Shown piece by piece: positions 58,477 to 64,000 of a DNA stretch of 64,000 nucleotides (the first letter of the stretch is position 1; every line of letters begins with the position of its first letter). The DNA comes from a virus, in IMG/VR virus record IMGVR_UViG_2920343190_000001; one strand, given 5' to 3'. The notes beneath the pieces were generated by a model. That model was not told the DNA's origin. It worked only from the letters and a program-made list of their open reading frames with translations, and ran no database searches. The translations under genes were made by a program, and so were the position numbers.

Positions 58477-60933
58477 TTATTCATTAGTTTTCTCCATGTG
58501 TTTTTTAATTTGTTGCATCTCTTTTACTAATTCATTTATTTGTTTTTGCTGTTCTTGTATTGCTTTTGTTAGAACTGGGATAAACTCAGTATAACCAATA
58601 CTTAAAACTTCTTTTCCACCATTTATAGAATGGTCTTGATAGCCACCAAAATCAACTCCCAGTTCTCTCATAGTTTGAAATACTTCTTGCGCTATAAATC
58701 CTTGATGAAGTCTCCATCCTTTTTTACTTCCATCTTTTTTTATACTTTCAATATCAAATATTTTCAATGCTTCTGCACGATTTATCTTTCTACCTTTTTT
58801 ATTTAATTTTTCTATTTTTTTTCTAATTTTATCAATTTCTTGATAGTTTCTGTAAGATTCTCTATAGTCAAATCTGTATTCCCTAGGCTTTAATTTCATA
58901 ATGAACCCTAGTCCTAGTCTTGTATCTTTTATATCAGTTTTATCTCTTTCGTCCGAACGATTCTGAACACTCCCATAACAATAAGCTGTTGTAGATCTAT
59001 CACCAAGTTGTAGTTGATGATCTCCAGTTACAGTTGACCTGTATCCTAAACATGTTGTGAATGAAAAATCATTAATACCTTCTCCACTCTGAAATCCTAC
59101 CGCTGTATTGAAATCTCCATATTGTAAATTACGAAGAGACCCTGATCCTAAAGCTGTATTCCCACTTGCACTGTATCTTCTGTCGCATAAAGCCTCACTT
59201 CCAAATGCTGTATTATCAGTGCCTGAGCTTGTTTTGAAGAGAGCTTCATTTCCTACCGCTGTATTATTTCTTTCAAGCATCTCTTCACCATCAACTTTAT
59301 TGAAAATTACTGAAGAACTGTTGTATCTAAATGAACCACCAACTGATATTTTTCCATTATCAATATTAATTCCTTCTCCTATTTGAACTATACCTCTTCC
59401 ATTTTTTGTTGAAATTGGATATATTGGGTTAATTACTCCATCTGGATTAATCTGCATATTTACACCAACTCTCACTCCACCAATACCTGTTTTTGATGCT
59501 ATTGGCAGCTCAGCTATGTCTGGAATTTCAACAGATATTTTCCCTTCTTTATCTACAGTGATATTATCCCCTATAATAACACTACCCAAAGAGGTTTTTG
59601 TAGCTGGGGTTAAATTTAGATTCAAACCTCCCATATTAACGACAAACTCGAAACTAGTATTTCTTTTTTCAAATAGTTTTCCATTGTCCTTATCATTAGA
59701 ACTTATTACTACATATTCCCCAAAGTTAATATCTTCATTTATAAAATCAGATTCCATTTCTACAATAGATGAGTAAGTTTTAGCTATGTAGAAAGAATCT
59801 CCTTTTTGCCCACGTGGAGATGTAAATGTTTCTGTTGTTTTTGTTCCATCCTCTAATACTAAAACATATTTAGCATCTCCGTTTTCTGTTGTTCCCACAT
59901 ACTCGGAATTTGCTATTCCATTACCCCTATCTCCTTTTATAGATAAGAGGTAATCTTCGTATGTTTTCCCAGGATTTTTTTGCAACCAGTCTTCAGAAGC
60001 GCTAAGTCCTGTATTTCCTTTTAATTCTTCTTTGTGTTCCTCTATATATGTATCTAAATCACTGTAGAAATTCTTAAGCTTATCTTCAAATTCGATATAT
60101 ATTTCATCTCTTAACTTTTCAAAGTCTACTTTAGAATCTACCACAAGCTCTTTAAAATCATTTATAAAAGTTTGTATCTGTTCTCTGACGTATGAAGCTG
60201 GCAACGGGTCTATAACCTCGTATAGAGTTCCAGCTTTAAAGTTATATATATTATTCAAAGTAATTGTATTAGCATGAGTGTCTATTGTATAATCTCTTTC
60301 TAAGAAATATATATCGCCTTCAATATTTAGAATTGCTCTATTTGAAAGAGGAACTAACTCAGCGCCTGTAGGTACTTGTATAACTTTTTGTCCTTCTACT
60401 AAAGTTCCTTTAATTTTTCTAAATCCAATATTTCTAATATTCTCTTTCAATAGTTCGATTATTTCTTTAGTTAAAAAGCCTTCAGGATTGATTAGTTGCT
60501 CTATTTTACTTTCTGTGCTTATATTTGAATCTATTGTAAATTTATATGTTGCAGGAACGATAGATTCACTAGGGATAGTTTCTCCATCATCATCTGTAGT
60601 TGAATAAGCAAATAGGACTTCATCTGTATCTTGAAACTTTGCATAAATTCCAAGTTCTTTCATTATTTTATTTTCTGTTAATCCAGAATTTGTAAATGCT
60701 ATTTCTACTCTCAGTAGATAATTATCCTTGTCATTAATAATTCTTACGCTATTAAGAGGGAATTTAATCCAAGAGTTTTTAATATCTATAGCTTTTTTTA
60801 TTTCTTCTGATAATAACTTTCCACTTCCCAGGCCTGCATTAGTAAATGTTATGACTTTATCAACATTTGTATTTGATGAAAGGAGCATTTCTTGTCCTTT
60901 TGTTGTTAAAATTAAATTATTAAAGTAACTCAT
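58477..60933 (-). CDS. Tail fibre with S74 chaperone (second pass)
   Basis: Identical to 10824-13280. Confidence 0.9.
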   Translation of the reverse strand: MSYFNNLILTTKGQEMLLSSNTNVDKVITFTNAGLGSGKLLSEEIKKAIDIKNSWIKFPLNSVRIINDKDNYLLRVEIAFTNSGLTENKIMKELGIYAKFQDTDEVLFAYSTTDDDGETIPSESIVPATYKFTIDSNISTESKIEQLINPEGFLTKEIIELLKENIRNIGFRKIKGTLVEGQKVIQVPTGAELVPLSNRAILNIEGDIYFLERDYTIDTHANTITLNNIYNFKAGTLYEVIDPLPASYVREQIQTFINDFKELVVDSKVDFEKLRDEIYIEFEDKLKNFYSDLDTYIEEHKEELKGNTGLSASEDWLQKNPGKTYEDYLLSIKGDRGNGIANSEYVGTTENGDAKYVLVLEDGTKTTETFTSPRGQKGDSFYIAKTYSSIVEMESDFINEDINFGEYVVISSNDKDNGKLFEKRNTSFEFVVNMGGLNLNLTPATKTSLGSVIIGDNITVDKEGKISVEIPDIAELPIASKTGIGGVRVGVNMQINPDGVINPIYPISTKNGRGIVQIGEGINIDNGKISVGGSFRYNSSSVIFNKVDGEEMLERNNTAVGNEALFKTSSGTDNTAFGSEALCDRRYSASGNTALGSGSLRNLQYGDFNTAVGFQSGEGINDFSFTTCLGYRSTVTGDHQLQLGDRSTTAYCYGSVQNRSDERDKTDIKDTRLGLGFIMKLKPREYRFDYRESYRNYQEIDKIRKKIEKLNKKGRKINRAEALKIFDIESIKKDGSKKGWRLHQGFIAQEVFQTMRELGVDFGGYQDHSINGGKEVLSIGYTEFIPVLTKAIQEQQKQINELVKEMQQIKKHMEKTNE

Positions 60934-61493
60934 ATATTAAAGTCTCCTATTATTGTTTTTTCTTTATGTGTATATATTCCAGTTGCAAAATTAAGGTTTA
61001 ATTCTACTTTTCCATTTTTTGTAAGTTGACTGATGTGTTGGCTTTTCTTTTTTGTTGTTTCAATCATTTTTAAGATATCTTCGATTGATTCATTTATGCT
61101 TGCATCTGAAATATTAATATTAAAATATCCTGGATTAAGTCCAACTTCGTGCCATTGATTTACCTTAGCTCCTTTGAAAAAAGTTCCTAACAGCGTATTT
61201 ATTGCTCCCACTGTACCTTTTTTCATGTGGGTTTGAAGTGAATCATTGCATACTTTTCTTTTTTCTTCTAATGTGTATTTAGGATTATAGTAGTCTATAT
61301 GAAGCTCTTTACTTAAAAGGTCTAATTCAAATTCTTCCATCTCGTCAATTCTATCGAAGTGGACTAATCTTTTTATTTGAGAGATTAAAAAATTTTGTAT
61401 TAGTAGTTCACAAACTTTAAAAATATCTTCGTATTTATCTTTAGCTAATTTGGGAGATAATTTTAAAATATTTTCTTCAAATATAGTTCTCAT
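60930..61493 (-). CDS. Baseplate protein I-like (second pass)
   Basis: Identical to 13277-13840. Confidence 0.85.
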   Translation of the reverse strand: MRTIFEENILKLSPKLAKDKYEDIFKVCELLIQNFLISQIKRLVHFDRIDEMEEFELDLLSKELHIDYYNPKYTLEEKRKVCNDSLQTHMKKGTVGAINTLLGTFFKGAKVNQWHEVGLNPGYFNINISDASINESIEDILKMIETTKKKSQHISQLTKNGKVELNLNFATGIYTHKEKTIIGDFNI

Positions 61494-62570
61494 TCAACAC
61501 CCCTATAATTAAGAGTTATTGAATTACATTTGATTAATGAAGTTTCCGTTATTTCTAATTCTTCAGGAGATGTAATTTCACATTTTTTTATATCTTCATT
61601 TTTAATTATTCTTATAATATCTTGAGTATTTAGGTTATCTCCTATTTGTATTTTTTTGAAATGTAAGTTCAATTTTTTTAAGAGACTGGACTTGATTGTT
61701 TCAACATTTCTTATTTCATTATCATAAAGATAGTAATCAATGTTTAAGTCTATATTTATTATTTCTGGATCTTTTATAGTTACTAAATCATTTAGTGGTA
61801 ATCTATCTAAATTTGTTAAGAAGTCTTTTATTGCTTCTTTTTCTTCAGTGGTGATTTGTTCGTTAAATCCATAAACATAAATATCTATTTCGTTTGGTCT
61901 TGGAGTTTTAACTATAACTTGATTTACTAACTGACTAACTTTCTTAGTCCAAAATTTATAGGAGCCTTCGCTTCCTGCACTTGTAAATGATTCTGGAATT
62001 TCTTCCATTCTTTTTCTGTATTGCTCATCATCCTCTTCGTTTCCACCTTTTGATACGTTTTGAGGATTTGTACAAGATTGATAATAGTCATATCTATCAA
62101 TTATTTGAGTAATTTCCCCTGCGAGTATTTCACCTATATCTCCTGGATTCTCAGCTTGCGCTAAGATAGTTGTTTTAGTTTTACCTGGATATATTGCTCC
62201 TTCTTCTAGGGAGTGGAAGATATTTTCTCCATGTAAAAATCTTGTTCCTTTTGTATGAATACGATTCTTTCGACAGGTTGAGAGATATGACATTCCATAA
62301 TTACTTTTGCATGAGAAGCTTTGTTTCTTTTAGCACGCTCTCCAAAAATTGTTGCTTTTAAGTCTAGTCTATCTCCTCGTGCATAAGCTAAGTAATTTTG
62401 TATGGCTATATCATTAATACCATAAAGAATATCTCAAGGATCATTGATATGGTTGAATAAATATGTGCTTTTTCATCCGCTGGAGAAAGTTTTTTACCTG
62501 TAATATCTTCGTGTAGCTTGACAGCTTCATTGTATATTTGTTGCGCATCTCCCTCTATTAGTTTAAGCAG
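61490..62570 (-). CDS. Baseplate J-like (second pass, frameshifted by probable read errors)
   Basis: Copy of 13837-14919 with indels. Confidence 0.8.
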
Positions 62571-62838
62571 TTTTTTCCACCTCTACTTTCAATATTGTTT
62601 TCTCTTCTTCAAGTTCTATACCAACACTTTTTAACTTTAACCCTGGAATATATTTTTTTATTTGTAAGTCTAGATCTTGCGATAATACTGATGGAATTTT
62701 ATTTATTTGCATATCTATTATTGAAGAGCTTAATCCCAAATCTCTAAATAAAGGAACAGTCCCTTTGCATGTATTTAAAATTACCCATAATTGTCTTAAG
62801 TATGTATCTTTTGGCTCTATATTACTTTTAACTACCAT
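62563..62838 (-). CDS. Baseplate wedge gpW-like (second pass)
   Basis: Identical to 14912-15187. Confidence 0.8.
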   Translation of the reverse strand: MVVKSNIEPKDTYLRQLWVILNTCKGTVPLFRDLGLSSSIIDMQINKIPSVLSQDLDLQIKKYIPGLKLKSVGIELEEEKTILKVEVEKTA

Positions 62839-63425
62839 AATCTCACCTTTGATAACTGTTGTAAAACTTGTTCATTAATTATTGAAACAACTTTTTTTCT
62901 CTAAAGTTTTTACTCCTTTTTGCTGCACTTTAATTCTTTTGGATTATTTATTTTTTCGATATATTCTTCAAAAGATACATCTAACTCCACTACTAAAGGA
63001 GTTCCTATTCTATCGGTTTTTGTGACCTTTTCACTGTATTTAGTCAATATAAATGTGTTATTTCCTATTTTCTTTCCACTTAGTACAAGTGGAAAGTGAT
63101 GACCTTCATTAATATATTCTGTTAATCTTCCTCTTGCTCTTTCTATATTTGTTAAACTATATATTAGTTTTATTCCAAGTGAAACTCTGATAAGCTGTCT
63201 ACCTTGAAATTCTGTTATATCTGGATTATTTATTATTTGATGTTTTTTTGTTTTTGGGGCTCTATCTATTTTGTAGTTGTTAGGAGATAGCGTGCCCAGT
63301 GATGAAACTTTAAAAATCACTTTTCCGAAAGAACCTACACTACTTAACTTGGTGTACCAATCTACCGAATCGAGATAATTTCCAAGCTCATCCTTTGCTA
63401 TATCTGTTAAAATTCCATTAATCAT
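62832..63425 (-). CDS. GpU-like tail protein (second pass, one indel)
   Basis: Copy of 15181-15774. Confidence 0.7.
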
Positions 63426-63437
63426 TATTGTCCTCTC

Positions 63438-63978
63438 TTATTGTTTCAAGAAATCTTTTGCATAGATTACAAACTTTGATTTAATAAGGCCTAAAACTTC
63501 TATTAAAGCTGATTTGATTGATATACTCTCATTAGCCTCAAGTGAAATAGTTTTTCCTTTCAAATTAATATCTTTAGCTTTAACAGAAAAAGAATCACAT
63601 GATATACTTATATTTTTCGATTTTATTTCAATCTTTTCTTTCGATATTATTGTGATACTATTGTCCTTTCTATTTAAACAAAAATAATTTCCTTCGCAGT
63701 CAAATATTATTTTATCTTTGTCTCCATCCGCTTTGTTTTTTGCTGAATAAAACCCCGCTATTACAAAACCCTTATCAGTATTATCATCAAAAATATAACT
63801 AATACTGGAGTATTCACGTCAGGGAGAAGATAAGATGTTTTCCCAAAACTGAGTAGTGTAGTTACTTGTAAATCTTCTGTTATTACTTCCTCATATTCTA
63901 AAAGTTTAACCCTGACCGTATAGTCACTCTCATTAATACTGTGGATTTCTCCTATTGCACCTTTTAAAAACTAAACAT
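63438..63978 (-). CDS. Baseplate V (second pass, indels)
   Basis: Copy of 15787-16329. Confidence 0.7.
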
Positions 63979-64000
63979 TTTTATTTCTCTCCCATATTTT

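Larger units (their letters stand above)
50981..64000 (+). repeat. Second pass of the same genome (direct repeat of 3329-16351, offset about 47,652 bp)
   Basis: Identical ORFs at constant offset (e.g. 4048/51701, 6993/54646, 10824/58477). Differences are mostly single-base homopolymer indels. Confidence 0.98.

Noticed and set aside
50981-64000. Two separate prophage copies or a genuine tandem duplication with pseudogenes
   Set aside because: Passes differ almost only by homopolymer indels that hit different genes in each pass (e.g. 7900 vs 55550; 14783 vs 62435). This pattern fits read error on one circular or concatemeric template.
1-64000. tRNA, rRNA, IS transposase or integrase genes
   Set aside because: None recognisable by eye; tRNAscan and HMM searches would be needed to exclude them formally.

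Overview
The window is one AT-rich temperate tailed phage-plasmid of about 47.65 kb (unit about 3329-50980). It is read as a fold-back arm (1-3322, the reverse complement of 3323-6650), one full pass, and the start of a second pass (50981-64000, matching 3329-16351). The three passes differ by independent homopolymer indels, so most frameshifts are probably read errors. The head module is lambda-like: GpA terminase, lambda-type portal, ClpP protease, decoration protein D and major capsid E. The tail is contractile and P2/Mu-like, with a peptidase-S74 tail fibre, followed by a holin and an M15 endolysin. A plasmid maintenance module contains six 22-bp iterons, a Rep_3 initiator, ParA, a ParB-like partner with a 31-bp palindrome, and a serine resolvase; I recognised no integrase. 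Accessory cargo includes an orphan type I-B-like CRISPR array (9 repeats, 8 spacers, intact leader, no cas genes) inside a direct-repeat-bounded cassette, and a small lipoprotein. It also includes an Hcp/TssD-like tube-domain fusion followed by a 3-TM protein (candidate effector-immunity pair), an Xre/IrrE-peptidase/PIN triad, two orphan MNT genes, Fic and HU. A Fusobacteriota host (Fusobacterium/Cetobacterium-like) is my inference from composition and gene style, not a database result. All family assignments come from motif recognition by eye.
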